Of a stretch of DNA of 64,000 nucleotides, positions 19,762-29,456 are shown one piece after another. The translations under genes and the position numbers were made by a program. The notes under the pieces are model-generated. The model had not been told where the DNA came from, did not search any database, and saw nothing but the letters and a program-made list of their open reading frames with translations. Within the stretch, counting starts at the first letter, position 1; every line of letters starts with the position of its first letter. Source of the stretch: a virus; the IMG/VR virus record IMGVR_UViG_3300029044_000314, positions 88,108 to 152,107 of that record; one strand, given 5' to 3'.

Positions 19762-20972
19762 TTACGCCCACGACCTTTCTTTCCTTCACTGTTCTTAGCG
19801 TTCGGATTGAATCTTTCCGGATTGAAACCACGGTCGGGCAAAGCCCAGTTAAGAATGTTCTCCCTAGCAAAAGCAAGACCGGGGTCATCCCATCTGACAT
19901 CACCGTTGGCGATATGGTTGCTTGCCTCGACCGTCTGATATTCGGTTCCGAGAAACGTTCCGTATCTCGTATAGTCGAGTCGTCTGTAACCTTGCAGTCC
20001 GACCGGAACGGTGTCCTTGATTCCGATGAGTTCCTTCGGAAGATGATGCTCAGCCAAGGCCGTCAGCAGATTCAACGCGTCTATCTGCGTCTGCCTTCCA
20101 GCCTTGACGATAACCAGACAAGGGTCTCCCGATTGAATGTATGGAAGCAGTAAACCGTTGGCGATATTCTCCCTATCATCCAAATCGTCCGCGCTGATTC
20201 GGTCAAGGTCGAGCACGACGAAATCCCACAGTCGGCGTGCCGCTTGGATGTACTGACGGTATATCTGCCAGTCCACTCCGACGCCTGCTGGAGGTGCGAA
20301 ACAGATGTCGTATGGAACCCCAAGGTCACGTCCTCGATTGGCTCCGACCTGCACCTGCATGCCCGGTCGCCAGTCGGCTATCGTATGCAATGGCTTGTCC
20401 TGTCTCGGGTCGAAAAAACTACGTTGACTGGACTGTCTGATGTTGCCGTCGATGAGCAGAACACGCAATCCGGCTTGCGACGCACGGTCTGCCAACTGTC
20501 GGCTGGACGTGGTCTTCCCCACTCCTCCGGTGTTGGATGTGATGGGTAGGAGAACCGCAGTCTCCTTCACTTTGTTTTGGAGGATATCGACTACGAGACG
20601 CTTGTCCGCAAGCTGGATTCCCCAATAAGTCCGTGCGAAATCAGCCACGCTCATGCGTAACATCTGTTCGCTCATGCCCATGGCTCCGACCGGTATCTGA
20701 CCGGTGTTGCACCAGTAGACCATGTATCCGGCGTTGGCTATCGGAAGCCAGTTTCCAGCCCTGTCAGTGAAGATGATTCCCTTGAACCCGGAGGGCACCG
20801 GATGTCTTACCAGATAGTCGGCCTGTGCTTGAATATTGTCTGCGGCGGGCACCTGCCAACGCATGTTTCCAGCTCTCGTAAGGGCCTTTTTGATGGTTGT
20901 GAGAAGCCCTCCGGAGCCGATTATCAGGGAAATCGTTCGTTTTTCCAATAAGACCGCCTCCTGATGGGTCAT
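19758..20972 (-). CDS. CpaE/TadZ-like ParA/MinD-family ATPase with N-terminal receiver-like domain
   Basis: 404 aa; deviant Walker A SNTGGVGKTT at about residue 150, preceded by a ~140-aa pseudo-receiver-like region; first gene of the leftward operon. Confidence 0.55.
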   Translation of the reverse strand: MTHQEAVLLEKRTISLIIGSGGLLTTIKKALTRAGNMRWQVPAADNIQAQADYLVRHPVPSGFKGIIFTDRAGNWLPIANAGYMVYWCNTGQIPVGAMGMSEQMLRMSVADFARTYWGIQLADKRLVVDILQNKVKETAVLLPITSNTGGVGKTTSSRQLADRASQAGLRVLLIDGNIRQSSQRSFFDPRQDKPLHTIADWRPGMQVQVGANRGRDLGVPYDICFAPPAGVGVDWQIYRQYIQAARRLWDFVVLDLDRISADDLDDRENIANGLLLPYIQSGDPCLVIVKAGRQTQIDALNLLTALAEHHLPKELIGIKDTVPVGLQGYRRLDYTRYGTFLGTEYQTVEASNHIANGDVRWDDPGLAFARENILNWALPDRGFNPERFNPNAKNSEGKKGRGRK

Positions 20973-21039
20973 GTTCCGTTGTTTTCATCGGAACGTTTAC
21001 GGTTTTGTCCGAGTTCTGGCATTTATAGTTTTTTGATAT

Positions 21040-21760
21040 TTAGTTTTTTGTTGGTTTTGCTGTTGCTTTTTTCATTGCATTGGCTGTTCCTGTATTGATG
21101 TTACCTTGTTTTGATTGTCGTTGACCTTGTTAGTGAGACTATTGACCTTTTTGTTGTTTTTGTTGTTGTAGTGGCTGTTGGTTGTTGTTTGTGCTGGTGC
21201 TGGTGCTGGTGCTTGACCTGTTGCCTTGTGGTGCTGTTGCTTGGCTTTTCTTGTTTCTTGGGGTGTTTGGTGCTGTTGTTCTTCTGTTTTGTATGCCATA
21301 TGGGTTGATGTGCTGTTCCTTTGTGGATGGTTGCGTTGCTTCTGTTGTTTTCATACGTTGTATTCCCGATTTAGGGGTAGGTGTTTCTTCTTTTATTGTC
21401 CTGTTCTTCTGTTGCTTCTATTTGATTAAGATTGCTGCTCTTATATTCTCCTTTTCTTCCTTTTGGTTTTTCTTTTCTTTCTGATTTTCTTGGTTATTCT
21501 TTTTTGATGTGATGGTGTTTGGTTTCTTTTTCTGATTTTTTGGTGGGTAGTGCTTCCTTTCTTTTAGTCTTTTTGATTTTTGGTTTTTCTCTTTTTTTTT
21601 GAGTCTGCTATTCATGTTGACCTACCGGCGTGGACTGGATGGTTTTCATGTTTTTTTTCTGATAATGGTCGGGTGTTGTTCCTTTTTTCATATTTGTTGG
21701 GGACTCTTTTTGGTTCCGCTTTTCTGTTGGAACTACCGGCGCGGGCGGCGCGGGGAATTG
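21040..21760. other. strand-skewed low-complexity region (T/G-rich, A-poor on the plus strand) in a divergent intergenic region
   Basis: About 700 bp with very few A on the plus strand; (tggtgc)x4 microsatellite at 21191-21214; minus-strand ORFs here encode K/N/Q-rich peptides. Confidence 0.6.
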
Positions 21761-21875
21761 TTTTTCCCGTTTTCCCCGTTTAGGGATGCTGTCGGGCGTT
21801 ACACTCGTGAATTGAAAATACAGAACACCTCGTTCCGACTGTTAACAGCCTGTACGACCGGAGTGTTCGCTGGAT

Positions 21876-22598
21876 ATGACGAAAGAAGGTATGATGCCAG
21901 ACTTCACCAATTGGGGATTCAACAACAACCAGCAGTCGGAGCAGGACAATGGTTACGGTTCCGACAATTATGCTGAACCGGAGCAGTCTTCTGTCGAGGA
22001 GTCGCAGACGGAATCCGATTCTCTTAATCAGGAGAGTTCGGAGCCTGTCTCTGACGTGTCCGCACCGGCTGATGGTGAGGATGTGAACGTGGACGCTGAG
22101 TCCACTGAAACCGAAGACAAGCCGAGGGGGAAGGGTAAGGGCCGTTCTAATCGCAAACCGCGTGAGAAGACCATGCCGCACATCGAGGAACAGTTCGGCA
22201 AGAAGCTGATTCCTCTTGTCAAATCGTTGGATGACGAGCGTGTGGTTTCTCTCGCCAAGGCGTTGACTGATACGAAGAAGAGCACTCCGGAAGCAGTGCT
22301 GGACGCATTGACTGAGCCGAAGAACCAACGTCGAATCTCTGAGTTCGCGTCCGCGTTGGAAGGGTTGGCTACAGCCGAGCCGGGCATGATTGCCGCAGAG
22401 GTGACGTTGGTGTTCGCGCAGGGCAAGGATATGACCAACCTGCTGTTCTCCGTGCTGAACGCGGTCGCGCCGGAGAAGAATTTCGGACGTCCGGTTGACG
22501 ACCAGTCTCCTGCCGGAATGCGTAAGAACCTGAGCAAGATTGTCGATAATTGGGGTGACGGTGTTGACCTTTCCGTTATCGATGAGCTGAAAATCTGA
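21876..22598 (+). CDS. acidic hypothetical protein
   Basis: 240 aa; D/E/S-rich N-terminal half, basic patch KPRGKGKGRSNRKPREK. Confidence 0.5.
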   Translation: MTKEGMMPDFTNWGFNNNQQSEQDNGYGSDNYAEPEQSSVEESQTESDSLNQESSEPVSDVSAPADGEDVNVDAESTETEDKPRGKGKGRSNRKPREKTMPHIEEQFGKKLIPLVKSLDDERVVSLAKALTDTKKSTPEAVLDALTEPKNQRRISEFASALEGLATAEPGMIAAEVTLVFAQGKDMTNLLFSVLNAVAPEKNFGRPVDDQSPAGMRKNLSKIVDNWGDGVDLSVIDELKI

Positions 22599-22618
22599 GT
22601 TTCCAACCCGACATCATT

Positions 22619-22654
22619 GAGGGGAGTCGGCCTTACGGTCGGCTCCCCTCTTTT
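22619..22654 (+). terminator. intrinsic terminator
   Basis: gaggggagtcggcc-ttac-ggtcggctcccctc hairpin followed by tttt. Confidence 0.7.
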
Positions 22655-22664
22655 CATGCTTGGA

Positions 22665-23429
22665 CTATTGTCTGCGACGTAATCTCAAAGCGTCTTCGGA
22701 TGAGTACACTCCGAACGGGCTGATGGTCACACTGTATTTCGTTATACGATACGTCCACTCGTTCTGACTGTCGTTTAACTCCTTGAATCTATTTAGAAGA
22801 TTCTGCTTGGAGAGGCTTTGCCTGCTTGCTGGAAGCAGTGATGGAAGGTCTGCCCGTTCGATGATGAGCCTATGGTCGTTCGGACAATACAATGCCGCCA
22901 ATGCGAGCAGGTCTATCGCTATGGCGCTACCCGCGTTGGGGTACAGACACTTCAACGGCATCTGCCGGACGTTCCTTGTCATCATTTTTACGAACGGTTC
23001 CGTGAACGTGATTTTCCGATGCTCGATAGTGAGACTGTCGGCGGTGATTTCGGTGTGTTCGACCGGCGTGACTTTGACTCCGTCTGCTCCGGTGAACTGG
23101 ATTGACGAGAGCATGAGAAGCTGGTTCCGGACGGTAGTGCGTCCGTCTCCTCCACTGTTCAACCCGCATTTGTTGGCGAGGAAGAAGAAGTCGTCACCGA
23201 TGGTGAGCGTGCGGGTTTCCGCATCCCATTCGCGGCTTGGCGTGTTGATGAGAGTGGTGATGATTATGCTTAACAGTCTCGGTACTCTACCGGAGAAACT
23301 GTTCTTGGTTTTCGCACGATAGGGTGCGAACAGCGGATAGGATTCCGCGGTGAGATAGCCGATATCGTAGCCGAGTATCGTATGATAGTCGGCTTTCAGG
23401 GTCTCCAGCCCATAGGTTCCTTCGTTCAT
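22665..23429 (-). CDS. hypothetical protein
   Basis: 254-aa ORF. Confidence 0.45.
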   Translation of the reverse strand: MNEGTYGLETLKADYHTILGYDIGYLTAESYPLFAPYRAKTKNSFSGRVPRLLSIIITTLINTPSREWDAETRTLTIGDDFFFLANKCGLNSGGDGRTTVRNQLLMLSSIQFTGADGVKVTPVEHTEITADSLTIEHRKITFTEPFVKMMTRNVRQMPLKCLYPNAGSAIAIDLLALAALYCPNDHRLIIERADLPSLLPASRQSLSKQNLLNRFKELNDSQNEWTYRITKYSVTISPFGVYSSEDALRLRRRQ

Positions 23430-23553
23430 TGTGTCTCCTTATAAAAATGACGGGCGTGTGGTTCCGTCGATAACACAATGATACCCCCAGTATTGTGAGG
23501 TCGGATACCAAAAGGTGCCGGTTGACAGCATCGTCAACCGGCACCCTTATAGG

Positions 23554-23862
23554 TTATAAGTCTTTCCTATCCGGCTTTGAACCGTTCCCATCCGTATCGG
23601 GTTTTTTATCCCTACCCACAGGTCTACGAAGTCCAGAGCCGGATTGTCCGGCCACACGACGTTCCAATCGAAGCTGGTATCGAATCTTCTCCAAGGTCTT
23701 CGACGTGTCAGTGATGTTCCCTTTACGGGCTTCACGAATCCACAGTTGACAACCCCGGTCGAGCATGACGACGTCGGATAGTTTCGGTTGCCTTCCGGAA
23801 CGTTTCAGTGACTTCGCCGGTGTCTGGTTTTGGTGTTGCTCATCGTCGTACATTCCGCCCAC
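23554..23862 (-). CDS. basic hypothetical protein
   Basis: 102-aa ORF; overlaps 23805..24071, so the start is uncertain. Confidence 0.3.
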   Translation of the reverse strand: MGGMYDDEQHQNQTPAKSLKRSGRQPKLSDVVMLDRGCQLWIREARKGNITDTSKTLEKIRYQLRLERRVAGQSGSGLRRPVGRDKKPDTDGNGSKPDRKDL

Positions 23863-24071
23863 CTTTCCTTTTCACTGGGGTGGGCGAGCTGGTGTTGCGC
23901 CCACTTTCTCGCTTGTTTCATAGCGGCTTTCTTGCCGCCGTTGAGAGTGTGGGCAGTACCGTTCGCAATGGGAGTGAAGAATCCTTCATCTTCCACTTCA
24001 GCACTCCACAGATATGACATGAAACCGTTTCTGCGGACATTGATATCGAACTTGTATCCGTCACGGTTCAC
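23805..24071 (-). CDS. hypothetical protein
   Basis: 88 aa; ATGA overlap with the AAA ATPase gene. Confidence 0.4.
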   Translation of the reverse strand: MNRDGYKFDINVRRNGFMSYLWSAEVEDEGFFTPIANGTAHTLNGGKKAAMKQARKWAQHQLAHPSEKERWAECTTMSNTKTRHRRSH

Positions 24072-25060
24072 TGGTTGGAAACCTCCATCTTCAGAGAGTT
24101 GAAAGCATTGACGAACAGGTCGGCCGGAATGGTTTCCGAACCGGAAATCAAAGTCTTACGGGCAAGATTGTCCACTGTTTGGACGATAAGGGCTGGACTT
24201 ATGTTCTCTACATTGATGTCGCATGGTCGAACGTCGGCTTGGATATTCAACTCCTTAAGCCGGTGCATGATAATAAGCCTTGTCGTAGTCTTGTCGGGAA
24301 GTGTCATGCGAACTCGAACGTCGAACCGACGCCATGCGGCACGGTCGATGAGACCGTCCATGTTGGTCGCGCAGATGAGAATGCAATCCTCCGGAAGCAG
24401 GTCTATTTTCTGTAACATGAGATTGGTTGCCCGACGCATTTCGGCAACGTCATGGGAGTTGTCGCGTCGTGCCAGAAGCATGTCGCATTCGTCTATGAAC
24501 AGGAGCTTGCGTTCCATGTGGAGCCGGTCGAACACCAAGGCGATATTGGTTAACGTCTTACCGAGCTGACTGCTGATAACACGGTCTGCACGAAGGATGA
24601 CCCCGTCCAGTCCAAGCCTCTCCGACAGGATGGAAGCGAAGGTGGTCTTGCCTGTGCCGGGCGCTCCCGTGAGCATGATTCGATTACGGGGAGCGAGATT
24701 ATGCGCGGTCAGGACATCCAGTTTCCCATATTCGGCAACCAGTCCGTCCAACAATCCCCGCATGGTCTTATCCTGCACAGGCTTATGAGTACCGTCCGGT
24801 GGGAGCAACGGTTCGGTCAACCCGTCAACCGGTGCCAGATTCGTGTTGACGGACAGTCCCTTCTCTCGTTCCGACTCTGCCAGCCGACGCAGATTCGTAG
24901 TGTAGGCGGTCGGCTTGGCTTTCTCCACCGAGTCGGCCAGCAAGTCGATTTGCTGGGACAGTTTCAAATGGTCTCCGTTGCATGCGGCTCTGACCAGTCG
25001 AAGCATTTCCGTGCTGTTTAACAACTGACCTTCCTGCTTTCTGAAAATGATTTTTGTCAA
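24068..25060 (-). CDS. AAA+ ATPase (classic AAA clade)
   Basis: Walker A GAPGTGKTT, Walker B LLFIDECD, sensor/arginine region ATN...RRFD; unique ~120-aa N-terminal domain. Confidence 0.7.
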   Translation of the reverse strand: MTKIIFRKQEGQLLNSTEMLRLVRAACNGDHLKLSQQIDLLADSVEKAKPTAYTTNLRRLAESEREKGLSVNTNLAPVDGLTEPLLPPDGTHKPVQDKTMRGLLDGLVAEYGKLDVLTAHNLAPRNRIMLTGAPGTGKTTFASILSERLGLDGVILRADRVISSQLGKTLTNIALVFDRLHMERKLLFIDECDMLLARRDNSHDVAEMRRATNLMLQKIDLLPEDCILICATNMDGLIDRAAWRRFDVRVRMTLPDKTTTRLIIMHRLKELNIQADVRPCDINVENISPALIVQTVDNLARKTLISGSETIPADLFVNAFNSLKMEVSNQ

Positions 25061-25120
25061 TAAACGTTATGGTCAATGTTTGAGAAGTAGAAGGAATTAG
25101 TAATATGGCAGTCTTCCAAT

Positions 25121-25351
25121 CTATTTGAGAGAGGAACCGTAGACGATGATGGAACCCACCGAAACCGACAACACCAGCAGTGACACGACGGTCATCAGCC
25201 GATAGTTGAACAGGTCTGAACGGGATTTCTCGTCAGGCATCCGACTCATTCTCCCTATCGACAGTCGAGCGTAATGCACCAGCGCGGCCAAGCTCAACGC
25301 CGACAATATTATGAGAGAAACCATGCAACATATCTGCTCTTTGGAATACAT
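25121..25351 (-). CDS. small membrane protein (2 TM)
   Basis: 76 aa with two hydrophobic helices. Confidence 0.4.
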   Translation of the reverse strand: MYSKEQICCMVSLIILSALSLAALVHYARLSIGRMSRMPDEKSRSDLFNYRLMTVVSLLVLSVSVGSIIVYGSSLK

Positions 25352-25692
25352 CAGACGCCTTTACGAAGCCACAAATCTGGATGGTCGAGATACGGGTACA
25401 GTTCGGGAATCTTTCGCACAGCTTCCCGAATCCAACTGTTCTCGCAGATACGTTCTAAATAATCTAATGGCTTGCGTTGCAGGGACTTCGACTTGGTGTT
25501 CCGTGCCTTGTGGATTGCTTCCACAGCCTTCTTGTTCGCCTGTTGGAATGTGATTTTCCCTTTGGCCTTATCGTCCGAAATGGTTTGCAACCTTGCTATC
25601 AGACGGTTGATGGTAGCCATATCCTTGGCGTATGGGCGTGCCGGAATGGCTGTTCTGCTTATGTCTTCCTTGCCGAATCCGTTGCCGCTCAA
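25351..25692 (-). CDS. hypothetical protein, paralog B of a tandem pair
   Basis: 113 aa; shares ...ANKKAVEAI...ICENSWIREA...YPYLDHPDLW with the upstream gene. Confidence 0.5.
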   Translation of the reverse strand: MSGNGFGKEDISRTAIPARPYAKDMATINRLIARLQTISDDKAKGKITFQQANKKAVEAIHKARNTKSKSLQRKPLDYLERICENSWIREAVRKIPELYPYLDHPDLWLRKGV

Positions 25693-26030
25693 ACCGTTGC
25701 CTTCCTTTCCTTTTTACGGCTATGGTCTCGATGTTTGCCCCACCGTTCCGGGCAGTCCAAGTCCGGGTAAACCAAGCCCATCTCGTTTGCCGCTTCACGA
25801 ATCCAACCGTTGGTGCAAAGCTTGCAGAGTCGTACCATGGGGCCGCTCGTGGCGCGTGGCATTCCTCCGTTGGCGGTCGCCACCGCGTCCACGGCGAGAT
25901 GGTTCGCCTCCTCATATGAGATTGTTCCGTCGCTTTTACCGTCGGCTATCTCCCACAATCTTTTACGCAGGTTGAAGAGCTTCTTGGCCTTCTCGAACGT
26001 TGGATGGTATGTCTGTATGGTTTCCGGCAT
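25689..26030 (-). CDS. hypothetical protein, paralog A of a tandem pair
   Basis: 113 aa; ...ANHLAVDAV...LCTNGWIREA...YPDLDCPERW; ATGA overlap with paralog B. Confidence 0.5.
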   Translation of the reverse strand: MPETIQTYHPTFEKAKKLFNLRKRLWEIADGKSDGTISYEEANHLAVDAVATANGGMPRATSGPMVRLCKLCTNGWIREAANEMGLVYPDLDCPERWGKHRDHSRKKERKATV

Positions 26031-26089
26031 TGTCCTGTCCGAATACTCCTTTCAGTGTTGTCCACTGTGCTCGGATTGCGTTTTTCAGG

Positions 26090-26470
26090 TCAGAGTCCGG
26101 CCTGTTGGAAACGGCCAATCCAATATTTGTAGTCGGCGTCCGCATACGCTTTGTTGCATGTGGTGAGAATTTCCTGATATCGGACTTGAAGGTCGGGTTG
26201 GTATCGTTCAGTGGACTTCGGGAGCACTGTGGTCATGGCCCCATGGTTGAACAGCAACACCTCACGGTCAGCGGCCTCGTGTTCGAGTTTGCGGTCGATT
26301 CCCTCAAACCATTGGTGTACCTCGTCGTCGTTTGGCAGTCGGCCTTCGCCAATCATTCTGCTCATGGTGTCCTTGAGGCTGAGTAACGCGTCCTGCATGC
26401 GTTCGTTTTTGAACAGGAGTCGTTCCACTTCGGTTCTCGGCTCTCGTTCGGTGTTGTTTTTATCGTCCAT
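26090..26470 (-). CDS. hypothetical protein
   Basis: 126-aa ORF; first gene of the leftward operon. Confidence 0.45.
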   Translation of the reverse strand: MDDKNNTEREPRTEVERLLFKNERMQDALLSLKDTMSRMIGEGRLPNDDEVHQWFEGIDRKLEHEAADREVLLFNHGAMTTVLPKSTERYQPDLQVRYQEILTTCNKAYADADYKYWIGRFQQAGL

Positions 26471-26540
26471 TGGTTTCCTTCGTTCTTGCGAACATGCCTA
26501 TGCCCCAGTCCGTTCGGGCTGGGGCATTCCTTTTTGTTTT

Positions 26541-26717
26541 TTAGGCGTCGAGTTTCTTGATGAAGTGAGCGAACAGTGCGGTGGAGCTGAGTAGAAATGT
26601 GATGCTGGTGATTGCCATTACCACGTGGCCGTAATCCTGTCTCCACATGAGGAGTGCGCTGACGATTGTGATGAGTGTCAATGTCAGGTTGATGTTGTTT
26701 TCCGTCTGTTTGCTCAT
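26541..26717 (-). CDS. small membrane protein (2 TM)
   Basis: Internal start MSKQTENNINLTLTLITIVSALLMW... within a longer ORF whose extension has aberrant composition. Confidence 0.3.
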   Translation of the reverse strand: MSKQTENNINLTLTLITIVSALLMWRQDYGHVVMAITSITFLLSSTALFAHFIKKLDA

Positions 26718-26917
26718 GGTTTCTTCTTTTTTTTCTGGCGTGGTTGGGAGTGTGTGGCTCCCTTTTTTTGTGGACGATTCCAATATAACAAAGGGTATGG
26801 TCGAACGCAAATCATCCGACCGCGAATCCCCGAACGGTTGCACACCCCCACCTAATGTGTTAAGCTGACCTCGCCCACACAAAACATTCCACAAGAACGG
26901 GAAAGACCACAGAAACA

Positions 26918-27142
26918 ATGAGCGCAACCAAATACGACAACGGCAACACATCCACACTCCAAGTCATCGACAACGAGGGAACAAACAAGCTCACCATCCT
27001 CCAATCCCCCAGCTTCGGCAAGGAACTCATGTTCACCATCACCGACAGCGACACCGCGACCAGCGTCGTCGTCAACGACATAGAAACCCTCCGCAAAATC
27101 AGAGACTTCCTCAACGAAAGCATCCACTGGATGGAAGCGTGA
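26918..27142 (+). CDS. hypothetical protein
   Basis: 74-aa ORF; first gene of the rightward operon. Confidence 0.4.
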   Translation: MSATKYDNGNTSTLQVIDNEGTNKLTILQSPSFGKELMFTITDSDTATSVVVNDIETLRKIRDFLNESIHWMEA

Positions 27143-27145
27143 ACC

Positions 27146-27730
27146 ATGGTCGAAGACACCGTTTGCACCATCGGCGTATATGGTGGCCGACAACCGTCCA
27201 TACTCGTCAATAACCATCTCGTCTACGGTCGGATGCCCGACTCCGAAACCCAGCCGGACATCATCGCGGACGTTCCGAAGAACAGGCTCGTTGCCAACCT
27301 CAACCCAGCCTCCGACGGCATGACGGACAGTCCCAGACTTCCGTTGGAACTGTTCGCCGCATGGCTCGCCAACGGTGACGTGGGCCTCAGCTCGCTCGCC
27401 ATCGTCCAACGGCTCACCGGAATCACAATGACCGTGAACGTCACGCGCGAACATGGTTGCGAGGATACTCCGAAAGACCCCGGAGACCTACGTCGGATAC
27501 TCGGAATGTTCGACATGGTGCCATCCGCACGCGCCTATCTGAGTCTCATGCGCGACGTGTCGGAAGACTGGAAGAACATCATCGACCATTGGGATGAACT
27601 TGAAAAACAGTATCGGCAAGAGGAACACAATCCATCCGGTTGCGCTCCAAAAAACCTACCGGATGCTGAAACGATTGAAGGAAGGAAACCGTGCCTAATA
27701 AAGACATCAAAACCGAACCACGGTTCATGA
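27146..27730 (+). CDS. hypothetical protein
   Basis: 194-aa ORF. Confidence 0.45.
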   Translation: MVEDTVCTIGVYGGRQPSILVNNHLVYGRMPDSETQPDIIADVPKNRLVANLNPASDGMTDSPRLPLELFAAWLANGDVGLSSLAIVQRLTGITMTVNVTREHGCEDTPKDPGDLRRILGMFDMVPSARAYLSLMRDVSEDWKNIIDHWDELEKQYRQEEHNPSGCAPKNLPDAETIEGRKPCLIKTSKPNHGS

Positions 27731-29454
27731 CCATGATTCAAAAAGACCTCCAGCCAGTATGCAAGGCGTTGAATCTCGACGTTGACCCGTTCGCCAACGC
27801 GCGAACCGTGTTCATCGACCGTGACAGCGTAGGACGGATTCTCTCCTACATGAGCGACCATGAAATCAACCCCGAATGGTACAGCCTACTGCCTGATAAT
27901 CTGTTCGTCGGAACCGGACTGCCAGTCCTCACCGGCGTCGAAGGAGAATACTTCGCCCGTATGACCGGACGGAACCTCACCAAGAAAGTCGCGGCGAAAA
28001 CATTCATCGCGGATATGGAAGCCTACTGGCTGAGCAAAGACAATCTGAAACGGACTGACGGTACGAAAAGCAGCGGAACCACGCTCGGTTTCGGACGTTG
28101 CCCCGGACTACGCGAAGTCAGCCGATACAACGAACGCATCTTCAAAAACAACGAATACGAGTACACGAACCCCGTGGACGAGTATGGCATCGACACGGTT
28201 TCACGCTACCGTCAGGTCGGTGAAATCTACAATGAGGTCGGCCAATGCTTCAAGGGAATGGCACAGGCGCGTACTCCCCTCGCACCATTCGTCTTCCTTA
28301 CCCATAAGGAATACGAGGGCGGACTGGACACGGTTGTGAACCACTGCCCATACATCACCCATTCGGACGCCACCCGCATCATCGACGGAATGAAACAGTT
28401 CCCTCCGAAACGAAGCGTGGACAGGTTCATGCTCGCGTTCACCATGACCGCGTTCGCGTTCGCCATGAATCAGGTCGAGGAATCCGAACAGTACGAGACG
28501 GTCGAAGTGAAACCACCGAAAACCGAAATCAGACGGCATTCCGGCGCTCCGAAAACCACGTTGCTCATCCATTTGAAACTGGAAGAGCCAGCACCCAAGG
28601 CCACGCCATCCTACGCCGGTGAAACCGACGAATACGATTGGGACAGCATCACCGGACGGGTCGAAACCATCACCCCGGACGTTGCCAAGGAAATGCTCGG
28701 CGTGAACACCAACAACCGCAACGTGAGCCGCACACAGGTCGAACTGTTCGCCCGAACCATGGCGCAGAAGGCTTGGAAAATGAACGGCGAAGCCATCAAA
28801 TTCAGCAACACGGGACGCTTGTTGGACGGACAGCACAGGCTCCTCGCATGCGTCGAATCCGGTGTTCCGTTCCGCACTCTGGTCATTCGCGGACTGCCCG
28901 AAGACACGCAGGAGACCATGGATGCAGGCAAGAGCCGCACCATGGCTAACGTGCTCGAACTGAAAGGCCGTAACAACGCCAAACAGCTTTCCACCGTGGC
29001 CCGTTCCATCTATCTGAGCGAACAGTTGGGTGTGGAAGCCGCATGCGTCAACAACATGTCACCGACCCGAAATGAACTGCTGACGTTCATCGAAAGCACT
29101 CCGCAATTGGAGGATACGCTACGACAGGCCAGCACGTTCTACACGAAAAGCAATCATCTCATGTCCACCAGCATGGCCGCGCTCCTCTACTGGACGTTCA
29201 ACGAAATCGACGGTGAGGCGTGCGAACGGTTCTTCGACATGCTCGCCTCCGGCGCTAACCTTGACGAGGGAAGCCCCATTCTCGTACTCCGCAACACGCT
29301 GTTCGACATCAACAAGCGTGGAGCGCACAGCGACCGTCCAACCCGCCGACGCATCGTCGGAATCACCATCAAAGCGTGGAACAAATGGCGTGAGGGAGCG
29401 ACTGTGAAACTCCTCAAATTCTCTCCGAACGAACAGTTCCCGGACGCAATCTGA
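27691..29454 (+). CDS. ParB/Srx-fold (DGQHR-type) domain protein
   Basis: 587 aa; C-terminal half contains KFSNTGRLLDGQHRLLACVESGVPFRTLVIRGL, matching the ParB-like nuclease / DGQHR motif family; N-terminal ~270 aa unknown. Confidence 0.5.
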   Translation: MPNKDIKTEPRFMTMIQKDLQPVCKALNLDVDPFANARTVFIDRDSVGRILSYMSDHEINPEWYSLLPDNLFVGTGLPVLTGVEGEYFARMTGRNLTKKVAAKTFIADMEAYWLSKDNLKRTDGTKSSGTTLGFGRCPGLREVSRYNERIFKNNEYEYTNPVDEYGIDTVSRYRQVGEIYNEVGQCFKGMAQARTPLAPFVFLTHKEYEGGLDTVVNHCPYITHSDATRIIDGMKQFPPKRSVDRFMLAFTMTAFAFAMNQVEESEQYETVEVKPPKTEIRRHSGAPKTTLLIHLKLEEPAPKATPSYAGETDEYDWDSITGRVETITPDVAKEMLGVNTNNRNVSRTQVELFARTMAQKAWKMNGEAIKFSNTGRLLDGQHRLLACVESGVPFRTLVIRGLPEDTQETMDAGKSRTMANVLELKGRNNAKQLSTVARSIYLSEQLGVEAACVNNMSPTRNELLTFIESTPQLEDTLRQASTFYTKSNHLMSTSMAALLYWTFNEIDGEACERFFDMLASGANLDEGSPILVLRNTLFDINKRGAHSDRPTRRRIVGITIKAWNKWREGATVKLLKFSPNEQFPDAI

Positions 29455-29456
29455 CC

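Noticed and set aside
21191-21214. (tggtgc)x4 hexanucleotide repeat as a possible CRISPR or minisatellite locus
   Set aside because: No spacer-repeat periodicity; it is part of the broader low-complexity T/G-rich region.
26498-26540. Hairpin atgccccagtccgttcgggctggggcat followed by a T-run, as a plus-strand terminator
   Set aside because: No plus-strand gene reads into it; it may instead be a bidirectional stop or regulatory structure for the minus-strand operon. Insufficient evidence for its role.
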